Part shown: in pieces, positions 1-11,899 of the stretch
How the letters are laid out: each line of letters begins with the position of its first letter
How positions within the stretch are numbered: position 1 is the first letter of the stretch
Source of the DNA: the human T2T-CHM13v2.0 reference genome, Homo sapiens
Assembly (NCBI RefSeq): GCF_009914755.1
Contig: NC_060926.1
DNA: 64,000 bases
Reading direction: 5' to 3' (one strand)
Position numbers and translations under genes: made by a program
The notes under the pieces: model-generated
Databases searched by the model: none
Seen by the model: only the letters and a program-made list of their open reading frames with translations
Told to the model about the DNA's origin: nothing

Positions 1-532
1 GTCCTGGTGACACAGCAGTCCCCTCCCTGACCCCACTTCCCACTCTCACATGAGCAGCGCTTTGCTGGCATTTCAGAGGGCTTGGCCCTCAGCACCTTCC
101 CACATCTCAGGATCAACTCTCCAAGCACTGCCCACTCAGGCCTGACCCATGCCACCACACGAGAGGCTGCTCAGGGCCCTGGACCCTTGTGGCTCCCCCT
201 GCCAAGTCCCCGGCCAGGCAGCCTCATGGGCAATCTTCTTGCCTCTCAGACGTGCGTGACTCCTTCCCTCCTCCCATGGCTGCGAGGCACTGCCTGGCTA
301 CCCCTCTCTCCTGTCCCCTGGATACCGGCCCTGCCCTCGGAGGAGGTTGCCCGCAAGCCCCGACCCCAGTCTGTCTGCTCCTCCACCACGTGTGCTTCTG
401 AAACGAGCAAGGCTCAGACGCCTAAACCCTGCTTGGCATGCCGCCTTCGCTACCCCGCGAGCTACTTGGTTGAGGTCCTGGGCATCTGGGCCCAGAAGGG
501 AGCTCCCCTGGCTGTGTAGTTGTCACTGTCAC

Positions 533-925
533 TGATATGGTTTAGACCTGTGTCCCCGTCCAAATCTCACGTCGAATTGTAATGCCCGGTGTTGGAGGTG
601 GGGCCTGGTGGGAGGTGATCAGATCATGGGGGTGGAGTTCCCCTGACTTAGCACCGTCCTCTCAGTACTGTTTAGTGGGTGAGTTCTCACGGGTTGTGGT
701 CGTTTAAGAGTGCAGCACCTCCCCGCTGTCTCTCTTGCTCCTGCTTCAGCCACGTGCGACATGCCTGCTTCCCTTTCACCTTCTGCCATGACTGTAAGTT
801 TGCTGAGGCCCCCCAGCCATGCTTCCTGTACAGCCTGCAGAACTATGAGCCAATTAAACCTCTTTTCCTTATGAATTACCTAGTCTCAGGTATTTCTTTA
901 CAGCAGCAAAGAACAGACTAATAGA
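533..925 (+). mobile_element. MaLR solo LTR, MSTA/MSTB-like
   Basis: Starts TGATATGGTTTAGACCTGTGTCCCC; contains GGAGGTGGGGCCTGGTGGGAGGTGA and GAGCCAATTAAACCTCTTTTCCTTATGAATTACC; ends GAACAGACTAATA, as in MST consensus. Confidence 0.9.
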
Positions 926-939
926 GCCGCAGTAGCGTT

Positions 940-1520
940 GATTGTCTGTGCATGCTTCTGTGAGTTCTAACGCACACAGAGATTTGTGTAACCACCACCA
1001 CATTCCATCCGCACAACGCCCCCCTGCTGCTCCGTGTAGCCACACCCTCCTGCACCGAAACCCCCGGGCTGCTGACCTATTTACCGTTCCTCCAGTGGTG
1101 TCTCTTCAAGAATGGAGCAGAATCAGAGCCCCACAGTGCAGAGCTACCTTCACTCAGCGTGACACCTTGAGACCCACCCCAGGTTGTCGCCTGTATCAAG
1201 TTAGTTTGTTTTTATTTCTGGGAAGCGGTCCATGACACGAATGTGCCGTCATTTATTCCACTGTTAGAGGGCATTTGGGCTTTTCCAGTGTTTGGTGATT
1301 ATGACTAGAGTTGCTATAAACATCCACGTTCAGGTTTTTATTTATCTAGAGAAAATGCCCAGGGGCCCAGACTGCTGAGTCATGTAGTGGTATGTGGCTG
1401 ACGTTTTAGGGCACAGCCAAGCCACTCTCCAGGAGGCTATCCCCCTTTTGCACTCCCCCCAGCAGCGTCCTCACCTGCACGTGTGCTGTTTTACCAACCG
1501 TTCCAATAGGTGTGTTTGGC
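940..1520 (-). mobile_element. Old L1 (L1M-type) 3' fragment
   Basis: Antisense L1 3' motifs TGTGTAACCACCACCAC, GGGCATTTGGGCTTTTCCAGTGTTTGGTGATTATG, GCTATAAACATCCACGT. Confidence 0.7.
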
Positions 1521-1532
1521 TGTGCTGGTAGG

Positions 1533-1673
1533 GCTGTCACCCAGTTTTTAAAGGACAACACTGTCTTTCCACACCTAGTGGAAGCTAATTTCTAGTTAAC
1601 TCTTTATAAGCAAGAAATTAGCTTCCATTAGGGGTGGAAAGACAGCACTGTCCTTTAAAAACTGGGTGACAGC
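1533..1673. repeat. Inverted repeat / hairpin, 61-bp arms, 19-nt loop
   Basis: 1533-1593 matches the reverse complement of 1613-1673 at 56/61 positions. Confidence 0.95.
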
Positions 1674-1686
1674 TGAAGCGTTAGCT

Positions 1687-2041
1687 GACCGGGTGCAGTG
1701 GCTCATGCCCGTAATCTCAGCACTTTGGGAGGCTGAGGCAGTGGCTCATGCCCGTAATCCCAGCACTTTGGGAGGCTGAGGCAAGCCGATCACCTGAGGT
1801 CAGGAGTTTGAAACCAGCCTGGCCAACATGGTGAAACCCCATCTCTACTAAAAATACAAAAATTAGCCGGGCGTGGTGGTGCATGCCTGTAGTCCCAGCT
1901 ACTCGGGGAGCTGAGGCCAGAGAATCACCTGAATATGGGAGGTAGAGGTTGCAGTGAGCAGAGATCGCATCACTGAACTCCAGACTGGGTGACAGAGTGA
2001 GACTCTGTCTCAAAAAAACAAACAAACAAACAAACAAAAAA
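1687..2041 (+). mobile_element. AluS (Sx-like) with internal 43-bp tandem duplication
   Basis: Dimeric Alu with GATCACCTGAGGTCAGGAG and (CAAA)n tail; 1695-1737 is repeated at 1738-1780. Confidence 0.95.
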
Positions 2042-2319
2042 GAGCCGAGGTTTCCAAGGTCTGTGTTTTGCAGGAGAACTATACAGGCTGCTCTAACACA
2101 TGCTGCCAGTATTCACTTTACAGTCTTGTGGAGACATTTGCCAGGGTTTACAACAGTAAGTAATGATAAAGCTCACCTGTACCCAGCACTTAGGAGTGGG
2201 CTGGCACCTGCACGGCCGCACTGACTCTCCACAGCCCTGTGTGGTGGGCGATGGCACAGCCCTCACTTTGCTGCTGAGAGGCTCTCCTGCCTGGGGACAC
2301 ACAAGCTCAGATGAATTTG

Positions 2320-2900
2320 CATGAAGCTAATAAGACTGAAGTTCCAGGAGCTCTAATGTGTAGTTCCCGTCCAATGGGAAAAAATTCTTATAAGGAATTT
2401 GTAGTTTTTGCCACCTGAAAACCCTCTATCTGTTCAACAAAAGTGAAATTAGTTCAAAATATCAATCCAAAGTATTTAAGAGTATTCACTACCCAAGAAA
2501 ACATAAAAAGCATTAATATTTTACAGATCGGATGTGAAAGAAATATGATAGAGATTTTCCTAAATTTGACAAGAATCCTAAAATTTCTCGTCATTACCAA
2601 TAGTGGGCTGCCAAGTTAAAATGAACTTTTCTAAACTTTCAACAACTGAGATAAAAAAGAGGTCACTCATGCTGAAGGAGACTGGATTATCTTTCCATTT
2701 TCTTCATAGAAATGATGTTGTGTACTTGTATGAAGAGACCATCAAGAAGTATACAGATAAACAGTTGGAGAGAAATGTACAACAGGCTGATAATTATTAA
2801 ATGACTGTTGCTGCTATTTTTCTTCATGTTGTGATGCTTGTAGTGTTTGTCAGCTTTTAAAGTGTCATAATTGGTTGCAATTTTCTTCTGGGCACATGCC
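2320..2900 (+). mobile_element. hAT DNA transposon remnant (Zaphod/Tip100-like) with decayed dimerisation-domain coding sequence
   Basis: Frameshifted translation ...LTRILK..LPIVGCQVKMNFSKLS...KRSLMLKE.RLDYLSIFFIENDVV resembles the hAT C-terminal motif LP.TS...ERSFSKL...RSTM..ERL..L....IE.D. Confidence 0.7.
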
Positions 2901-3264
2901 CTGATCTCCACCCGCAGGAGAAGCTCCTTCCCGGAGAAGGGAGGTGTCACACTGCGGGGAGGCTGTGCCAGAACTGCTCGCCATGAAAACGGAGGATTCT
3001 GCAGCGTCTTCATGTGCTCCTTCCTGGACATGACTTCCACTCTTCCAACCTCATTTACGGGCACATGGTTTGATCGTTATGCCCTGGCCTCCCAGGAGAT
3101 CATGGTCAGAGTGCAAGACCATGGAAAAACGGTGCTAAACTGAATCTGCTTCTGTTTGGTTTCACTGGTTTATTGCCTACTGTCACCCCTTCCACAAGCA
3201 GGTGGCTCTCGCTGTACATGTCACAAGTTATTCACCTGGGCCAGTGAGCCAGGGAGCATGTGCC

Positions 3265-3775
3265 ATGGTTGTTATCCAATGCAGTGTAACAAATCCCAAC
3301 TCTTGCTGCTAATAACAATGGCAACCTTTATTTTGTTCATGAATCTGCAATTGAAGCAGAGCTGGGTGGGACGGCTCCTCCCCGAGCCGGGGACACCAGC
3401 AGGGAGGGTTTACGGGCTGGGTCTGAAGTTGCCTGAATGCTCACTCATGTCGGGTGGCTGATGCTGACTGTGGGCAGGGACCTTGGTGGGACTGTCAGCT
3501 AGAGCACTTGGGCTTCCTCACAACATGGTGGCTTGGTTACAAGATCGAGGTCCTGACAGAAAGGAAGTCCAAGAAGAAGCTGTCTCATCTTGCATGTCCT
3601 GGCCTTGGAAGTCATATGGTGTCACTTCTGCAGCATTTTATTCAATGAGGTGGCCATCAAGTCTCATGAGTTCCAAGAGCAGAAGAAAGAGATTCGCTTC
3701 TTGGGGGGAGTGGTGGCACGTTCTGGATGAGTGTGCTGGACTGGAACAGTGCTGTGGGGAGACCCAGGCTGCCAC
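3265..3775 (-). mobile_element. MaLR LTR, MLT1G/F-like
   Basis: TGTAACAAATCCC, TTCATGAATCTGCAATTG, GGGCTTCCTCACAACATGGTGGCT, CCTTGGAAGTCATATGGTGTCACTTCTGC. Confidence 0.75.
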
Positions 3776-4706
3776 GTGGTGTGTGTGCCAGGCATTCTAA
3801 GATGCCCCAGTGAGGTGATTCATTGTCGGGACACATGCATTAGACACAACTTTCTTTTTGCATGGTGAAGATATCTGGGGGGGTGTTGGTTGGAGCAAGT
3901 CAACATTACTTTAAAATTACTTTCTCAGGGAATATCAACCCTGACCCCCGTTCTTACCTCTGAGTGAGGCAGCCCCGCCCAGATGCTGGACTCTGTTGAG
4001 AGCCTCAGTTTCCACAGAACACATGGGTCCCACTCACTCCCAACAGCCCGATGTGGAAAGGCATGTGGTTCCAAGACTCACCTCCCACCTGAGTAGCAGA
4101 GGTCAGGTATTTGTGGGGGAGCACAGGCTTGCCTGATACCATCAGAGTCCTTGGTTGAGGGATTAGAATTTATGCTGTGTTCCCTGGAGGGCATCCATCC
4201 TTCTGCTTTTGCCCCAATAATCTCTCCTTCTCTGTCCATCCTCCAATTCAAGCAGGTGGTCAGCAGCACCAGGCTTATAGCCTCACAGAGGGTCATGACT
4301 TAGTCAAAGCAGAAATCTCATCCCCCGCAAGAATTTATGGATTTTGTTTCCAAAAACCCAAGCCCTAGGTTTGAGTGGAAGAGCGAGAATCCGAAGTACA
4401 AACTATCTTAGCCAGAAGCATGAAGGGGAAAATACCTTCCAGCAGGTGAGACAGAGCATCTCATAGGCTGGGGGGCTGATGAGGGCAGGGAGCCTTGCAG
4501 GTCCTGGAGGAAGGGAGCTTCCACCTGGTGAGGCAGAGCCTGACTGTGGTCACTCTTCTCACCATATCCTGTGGCTCCTGAACCTCCACTAGACTGCCTT
4601 CCCAGCGTCCCCGTGGTCAGTCGTGGTCACCTGATGAGACAGATAGCAAAAGTGAAGTGTGCCACCCCAGGACAGGTGAACAAGGCACAGGCCTGCCTTT
4701 ATGCCT

Positions 4707-5292
4707 GTGAGAGGCAGCCTCTGAGATACCCAGCAATCCCCACTTCCTGGCATTCACACCCTGTGGGACCCCTCTCCTTGAGTATGGAGGGGACTACACA
4801 GAACATTGCAGAAGTAATGGGATGGGACATAAAAAGACAGTGGCTTCTGTTCTGCTCTCACTGTCTTGTCCCAGCACCCTCCCTCTCTCCCTTCCTCCCT
4901 TGCTTTAATGAGGCCAGCTGCCATGCTGTGCACTACACCAGGCAGAGGCCCCCCTGGCAAGGGCCTGAGCACAGACTGGAGCCAATGGTCATCCAGAGAC
5001 AAAGGCTCTAAGTCCAAGAGTCCATGAGGATCTGAATTCTACCAACAACCGTGAATGAGCTTAGACATGGAACCTTCTCCAGTTGAACCTTCGGATAAAA
5101 CCCAAGCCCTTGCTGAGGGCTTCACTCCATCCTCATCCAAGAATACAAGATGGAGGCACTCAGTTGAGCTGTGCACGGATTTCCAACCCACAGAAACTGT
5201 GAGATCATAACGGTTTGTGGTTTGAAGCCATTCAAACCGGTTTGTGCTTCAGAGTTGTGGGGATGATTTGTTCTGTGTCAATAGATAACTGT
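4707..5292 (+). mobile_element. MaLR LTR, MLT1F-like
   Basis: GGCAGCCTCTGAGAT...CTGGCATTCACACCCTGTG, GAATTCTACCAACAACCGTGAATGAGCTT, CCCACAGAAACTGTGAGAT, CAATAGATAACT. Confidence 0.8.
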
Positions 5293-5489
5293 CCCATGTT
5301 TCCCATCTGCCGGCTGAATGCAGCATCCTCCTGGGAGAGGGCAAAAGTGCAGAAGGAAGGCTTCCACGGACCAGGAGCACCTGCTGTGTGGGACAGTCAG
5401 GAGGCAACAAAGTCGACTGTGTCGACAGACTGAAATTTGTTGTTGCTGTTCCTGCGTCTATCGCTCCCCTGAGATGGAGTGGCTGTGGG

Positions 5490-5880
5490 CTGCATCAAGG
5501 CAGAAAAGCCTGCATCATGTGGGAATAAATGAGGCTGCATGTGATCAAATACCCGGAAAACAATGGCGTAAACCAGTAAGTGTGTTTTTCTCACCGGGCA
5601 GGTGGTTTGGGGGTCAGTGCTGGTTGGTGTCAGCTCAGCAGCTGCACATCCCAGCAGAGGCTCTGTGGCTCTCCCGGCCTTTCTCTCGCCTTTGCGGGAT
5701 GTCTGCTGCTCCTCCAGGCTTTGTGTCCAGTCTCAAAGGGCAGTGCCAGCTGTTTGGCCATTTCCATGAGGAAAGGAAAAGCTTTCTCAGATGTCCCTGG
5801 CAAACTTCCACTATTTCTCCTTGGTCAGAGCGTGTCACTTGGCAGCTCCTGGCTGTTCCCGTGAGTGGAAGGAGTGCCTC
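5490..5880 (-). mobile_element. Ancient MaLR LTR, MLT1K/L-like
   Basis: AAAACAATGGCGTAAAC, AAAAGCTTTCTCAGA, CCTTGGTCAGAGCGTGTCACTTGGC; highly diverged. Confidence 0.5.
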
Positions 5881-7479
5881 CTCAGCTCACTCCCCCTGCT
5901 AACTGCAGCATCTGCAGCTTGCTTCATGCACCTTCTTTCTGCTGAGGTTTTATCCTTCTCCTCCAAGCTGCAAAGAAGGGTCTGGCCTGGAAACCTGAAT
6001 TCCAGCCACGATTCAGCCCTTAGCTTTGTTTGTGGCTTTGGCCACTTGTCTTTATTCTCTGAGCTGTTATGTTCTTCTATACAAGGGATTCCGTTCCAAG
6101 GACTAGCTAAATCATTTGGAAATTTTAAGATTCATGGATAAAAGGAGGCCTGGAAAGAAATGGAAAAGAAGCAGAATTCCATTAGGAATGCCCAGCGGTG
6201 AAATTGAGAGTGCAATCCCGCTGGCTGAGGGGCTCCTGGAAAGTGGGGCCTGTCAGGTGACAGAGGTGGAGAGAGGGTGGTGCAACGGGAAGGGCTGCAT
6301 GGCAGGATGAGAAGGTGGCAGCAATGCCAGCGATCAGACGGGCTCTGCAGATTTTGCCCTTAGAGCAACTAGAATTTCTCTTTGGCTGAGAGATGTTTGT
6401 AGTGAGGGAGAATCTGCCCGAGGACACTTCTGCTTGTGTGCGTTTCTTTTAGGCATAACATCAGCTCCCAGGGTGCAGGCAGTGCTTTCTCTCCCTAACA
6501 TGGAGCAGGTGGCCCTTCCTCGGAGGACGGCCTCAGGCACCATCAGACCCGTCAGAGAATCACAGCCTGGCGCCTGCCAAGCACACCGCCACCTCCTGGA
6601 ACTTGCAGTTCTTGTCTTACTTACAAATGATACCAAATTCCTGGGCAGCCCCCTGTTCTCCACATTTTCTGGATTTGTGCGGCCTGCTTTGCTTTGTACG
6701 ATGTTTTTGCACACTGTGTCACTTGCCCTTCATGGCAGCTCCTGTGAAGGGTGAGAGCTTCTTCTGGAGACCCTCTGTGACCTGCCCATCGGGGCCCAGT
6801 GAAGGAGCCCCATGGATCCTGGGCACAGAGGGCCTGTTGTCCAGCTCACAAGTCAAGAGGCAAGAAAGGAACTCTGCAGCTCCCTGGCATTCTTCCCAGG
6901 TCCCCAGCAAGGTCATCCTAGGTGTGCCAAAGTCAGAGCCCACAGAAGTGACCCCACAGGTAAAGTCTGCAGGTATAGCCACCTGCTCTTTGTGATCTGA
7001 TTGAGTCCAATGGGGACCTCCTCATACACACACGTCCACTGGAGAACATGGGGCCCTCCTATCCAGAGACAGCTGCAGAAAGGCCTTTAGCAAATAGCAT
7101 ATGAAGTTGAGATGCTTCACCGGTCACTTCTTCCTCCTATGCACTGTACTTCCTTCTTAGATGCCCCAGTTGCTAAAAAAAAGATCCATCCTGTAGGGTT
7201 AGGGAGTACCCAGGTGTGGAAATGAAGGACCCTTGGCCCTTTCCACTGCTGCCTGGGGGCAGAGCAGGCCCTGCCATCAACTCAGGCTGCAGCTGCAGGT
7301 GCACACGGAAGAGGCTTGAGGTTCACCGGCCTTTCAAGGGTAGGTGGTAACAGACAAAATCTTAGGCTGTGCGAACGTGAGGGACAAAATACATGGCTGC
7401 GTGGAAACTAAGATGATCTCACGATCAGAAAAGGGGTCTCCATGCCATGCAGCGGGGCCCCGAGCATCACATGCCGCTC

Positions 7480-7620
7480 ACCCAAGCTGGGAAGAAAGTG
7501 CAGTGATTAACCCTTTCCTAGATGAGGAAACTGAGTCTCAGGGATGTGGAGTGGCTCAGGAGAATTCACATGTGAGGTTCAGAGCCAGCAGCCTGGCCTG
7601 GGACTTCTGAATTTCAAGGG
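7480..7620 (-). mobile_element. MIR fragment
   Basis: Core AGATGAGGAAACTGAGTCTCAG. Confidence 0.65.
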
Positions 7621-10584
7621 TTGACCTCTTTGCAGGCTCTAGGCCTGGCCATCCTAAGTGGAGAGTGGGGACGGCTGTTCTTCCTGCCCTCCAGCCTGGT
7701 GCTAATTCCCCCGAACTGATCTTTCTCCTCCTGGTGTCCTCTTGCTCACCCCTCCTCACTTCTGCAGGCTCCCCAAGAGTCAGGCAGGGCCACAGGCCCA
7801 TGGGACTTCACAGCATGCCAGGTAACATTCAGCCTTAGCTCTTGACCTGGCCAAAGGGAGGGAGGCCTCTCGAAAGGGTTCTTCTCTCTAGTGGGAAACA
7901 GCTGACCAGCATACCCCACCATCACTGCCATGACGGGAGGACTGCCCAGACATGTCTTCCCAGAGCAACGTGGCCAGCTTCCCCTCTCTCTCCCTTTCTG
8001 TCTCTGTCTCTCAGCCCCATTCACCCCAAAAGTGCAGACTGGTGAGCTCAGTGACCGATTGTTGTTATTTCAACCAAGTTCAGGCGTCATGTGTTACACA
8101 GCAGTAGATGCTCAGAGCACCTTGTCATCCCCACGTGGCAGATTCAAGTTCCTCTAGCACTTACCGAGTGCCTTCTGCATGCCGATTCAGAGCCTTCACA
8201 CTCTCTTGCCCAGCAGCCCAGGGCAGTCGGTCTCCTTTGGACACGCAGCCTTCCCTCGTGGGCAGGGTCGTTTCACACTGCCGCTCATCTCCTGGGATGT
8301 GTTTTCAGAGTGTGTCCTTGCAGGCATCCCCATGGGAAGCAGGTTTGAATGGGGGGTGCACAGGGAGGTACCTGGGGAGACAGGTTGAAGCGTCCGCTCC
8401 TAGGGAGCTTTGCTTTATCGTCAAGTGTCCTTGGTTTGGGTGAAGGGACAGGATTTCAAAGCAGCCTTTCCCTCCGTCCTGCTCCCTGCCTCTCAGATGA
8501 AGATGGCCTGCCAACTGCTGGCCTCTGTAGGTGACCGTCCCAGGGACAGCCGCACCCCATATGGAGCAGAGAGGCTGGAGGCTGGCGGGCCTGTGAGTAC
8601 CGTGCCACCGAAACATGTTACTGGTGTCCAGATGTCTCTCTCCCCACACATCCTGGAGCTGTTTGAGGGCAGGGCCGTATCAGAGTTGCCTGTGCACTCT
8701 CACACCCAGCGCTATGCCCTGGGGACCTCGCCAGCACCCAGAACCTTTTGCTGGAGAAGCTGGCGGTCATGGTGATGGGAGGTGGAGAGTGTAGTCTGAC
8801 TCTGGGCCGTGCTTGAGTCCTCACGTCCATGTGCGCTGTGGCCACCTTAGCACAGAAGCACACGCTGCAATTCTAAGTGGGAAAACTTGCGTGTTCTGAG
8901 TCATGCTGAGGGCTGCAGGGTTCGAGGGAGGAGGCTCCTTCCCACAAAGGCAGGGGTGCCCTGCAGTGGCCAACTCCTGGCCTCCAGGTGTCCGGCCACC
9001 CTGCCTCCCCCTCCTCCCTGGCTTTCCGTCAGTTTCCCATCTGCTCCCGCAGACTCATCTGCTGGGGACAGCCAGTTCAATCGAAAGAAAAGAAAGGCAG
9101 ATGCTGTAGGTGACATTTTTTTGGCAGTCTCCAGAGAAAACAGGAATCTGGACTCAGGAGAAACGCTGTGTGCAATGGAAGACGCTGGTGCCCACTCACC
9201 TGGGTCAGGACTCAGGGAAGCTTGAGGGCCTCCCACGAGACAGCGTGCACTCAGGGGCATGGTGGGGGCTGCGTTGGGACCAGTCCTTCCCCAGGGGCTC
9301 AAGGAGGGCATGTCCATATTTTCATATTAGTTTAACTAACTTCATGCTGGCCATTGGCAAAGATAAACCAAAAAAAAAAAATCGAAGATATTGTCAGTGG
9401 GGAAGGGAGCTTTCCAGATGAATCAGAATCCATTAATTTTCCCCCATACCTTTGGTGGCTGAATATTCATGTGACACGTGCTTGATAGTGGGGATGAAAA
9501 TCTGTCCCCACCACACTCGCGTGCCAAGGTGATGTGGCAGGAGTGGTGTCTTCGTCTCCCAGCACAGCCGGTCTCCCTAAGGAGCCCCCGGACTGACTGC
9601 AGATCCCGCCCGTGGCATCAATGCCAACCAGCCCATGAGGGAGAAGTTCAGCCTCTCCAACTTGACTCCCTCCCTCTGCTCCTCTGTGTGAAGGTGCCTG
9701 TGCCTGCAGGGCTGGGGGAGGTTGGCTTAGGGACCCCACCTGTTCTGGATGAAGCCTGAAGATCCACAGGCCTCTGGGGAGACCCTGGGCAGGGTCCACA
9801 CCTGACCGCTTTCCTGCATCTCTGCAGGGAGCTGAGGCACGGAGAGCTGCGCTGAGCATCTCCTACCCACTGGCTGCTGTGTTCAGTTTCACGGTTTCAC
9901 TCTCGGGGCCTCTGTGTCTGCGAGGGAGCTCGGTTAGCAGCTGTACAGGCCTAGGGCTCCCCGCCTGCCTTGCCGCTCCCACAGCAGTGAGCACTCAGTA
10001 CTGACGCTGGAATGGCAAGCCCTGACACAGAGCCATGTTTCTGGTGGTTATTTGAACCCCAGGGGTTTATTGTAGCAGATGCATTCCGGAAACCACACCT
10101 GGAATGGGATGTGAAGCTTCAACACTGCTCCAGGCCTGACGGGCCCGGGCTATGAGGTTGCACCACGGCCACAAGCGCAGCTTTTGGGTGGTGGAGAAGG
10201 TGCACTGAGACCAATGCTGTGCTTTAATGGCTCCGGGCACTACCTGGCATAGGGCACCCTCAGCCTGCCGTCACCTACAGCTCGGGAGGCTGGGCGACAG
10301 TTCCAGAACAACCACAGGAGTGGTCGCTGCCTGGTGCTCCTCCCAGGGGCAGGAGACCCCTCTCCTGGGCCAACCTCAGGCACCACATGGCCTTCGCTCC
10401 TCCTGGGAGTGACTGGCTGGGAGCGGCTTTGGCGCTAACAAGGCCCAGAGTTGCAGAGCACAAGGTTCTCTAGAAATCCCTCTCCCATGTCATGGACTGG
10501 GAAACCGAGGCAGGGAAGAGGGAACAGAGGCAGAGCCCCGTGGCTGACCATTTGCTCTGCAAATTCTGAATGCCCAGCAGTGTG

Positions 10585-10830
10585 ATTTTTAAAGCTTTAT
10601 TGAGGTATAATTTACATGCCATAAAATTCCCCCACCGTGAGCAAGCATACAATTGCATGTTTTTTGGTAAACTTACAGATTTGTGAAGCCATTGCCACAC
10701 TCCAGTTTTAGAACCTTTTCATCACCTCAAAATCCTCTCGAGTCTGCTTGCTCTCAGCCCCCAATTCTACCCTCAGCCCCAGGCACGCTGGCGTGCGCTC
10801 TGTCTCTCCCAGTGGCACTTTTCGTGGACG
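10585..10830 (-). mobile_element. L1M (L1MB/MC-like) 3' end
   Basis: GCTTTATTGAGGTATAATTTACATGCCATAAAATTC...TTTTAGAACCTTTTCATCACC. Confidence 0.8.
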
Positions 10831-10860
10831 AGAGGTGAATATCCAAACCTCATCAGGTAC

Positions 10861-10985
10861 CAGGCAAGCATTATGGGCATTTGACCCGCGAGCGCTGGCA
10901 CCCATGCTCAGAAGGGCTCCATGCTCGGGGTTCAGAGCTCTGCAGTCCTGCCCCTGCAACCTATGGTCACTTTTTCTTTAGTCTA
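10861..10985 (+). mobile_element. MER45-like hAT-Tip100 fragment
   Basis: CCCATGCTCAGAAGGGCTCCATGCTCGGGGTTCAGAGCTCTGC resembles the MER45 5' end. Confidence 0.55.
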
Positions 10986-11768
10986 TGTTTTGTAAGCACA
11001 ATCCAATGAGGCCGAACCACATGTTCCAGGCGTGGAGCCTGGGTCCACACACAGTCCTACCTCCCACCTCTTCCCACTGATGTCCTTGGTCCATGCTCCG
11101 GACCCCACCCTCTCCTCCCAGGGCCACTGCCCACCTCTCCCAAAGCAGTGACCGAGTCTTGTTAGCAGGGGGTGGCCTGCCTTCCTGAGTCACTCTCCAT
11201 CCTGGTGGCAGCCTGGGCCCCCTGTGGTGAGGGTCACGGTCAGGTCTGGCATCACGCAGCATCTTGAGTGGAACCAGGAGACGACTGTCTCCCATCCTGG
11301 GCTGGACGGTGGCTCGGCAAAGTCAGTCCCTCACACATCCTCGATCCAGGTCCCGCACGTGCCCCGGCTCTGAGGTTTAGCCTGTTGGCTGATGGGGGGA
11401 AAGGTATATGGGGCCTTTGTCGACAGCACATATGCCGGGCTGTGGAGTGGGGCCCAGGGTGCCTGCGAGTGTCTGCACTCCCCAAGCATCGCGCACCACC
11501 AAAGGAGCGAGACATTCAACATCAAATAACCCTGTGGCTACTGGCCACCCCCATCTGCACCCTCCCTTTACCTCCCTTTATCCTGCACATCTCAGAGGAC
11601 AGCTCACTGCACCAGAGCACTTTCGGGACTATGAGGCCGCTCCCATGGCCTTCCTGGCCTCAAGGTCTCCCTGACATCTCTTGACTCTGGGCTCCATCCA
11701 CCCAGCCAAGTGTTGTTGTTGCTTGTCCCAAACACAAGGTCATTCATGAGAAGATATGTCTTGTGAGT

Positions 11769-11899
11769 GCTGAGACCTTCACGTGCCCAGCTAGGAAAAG
11801 AGAAGAGCAGGCATGAGGAGAGCCTTGTCTTCAGAGCTGAGACCTTCACGTGCCCAGCCAGGAACAAAGAAGAGCAGGCCTGAGGAGAGCCTCATCTTC
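11769..11899. repeat. Tandem duplication, period 67 bp, 2 copies
   Basis: GCTGAGACCTTCACGTGCCCAGC...GAAGAGCAGGC.TGAGGAGAGCCT at 11769 and 11836. Confidence 0.9.
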
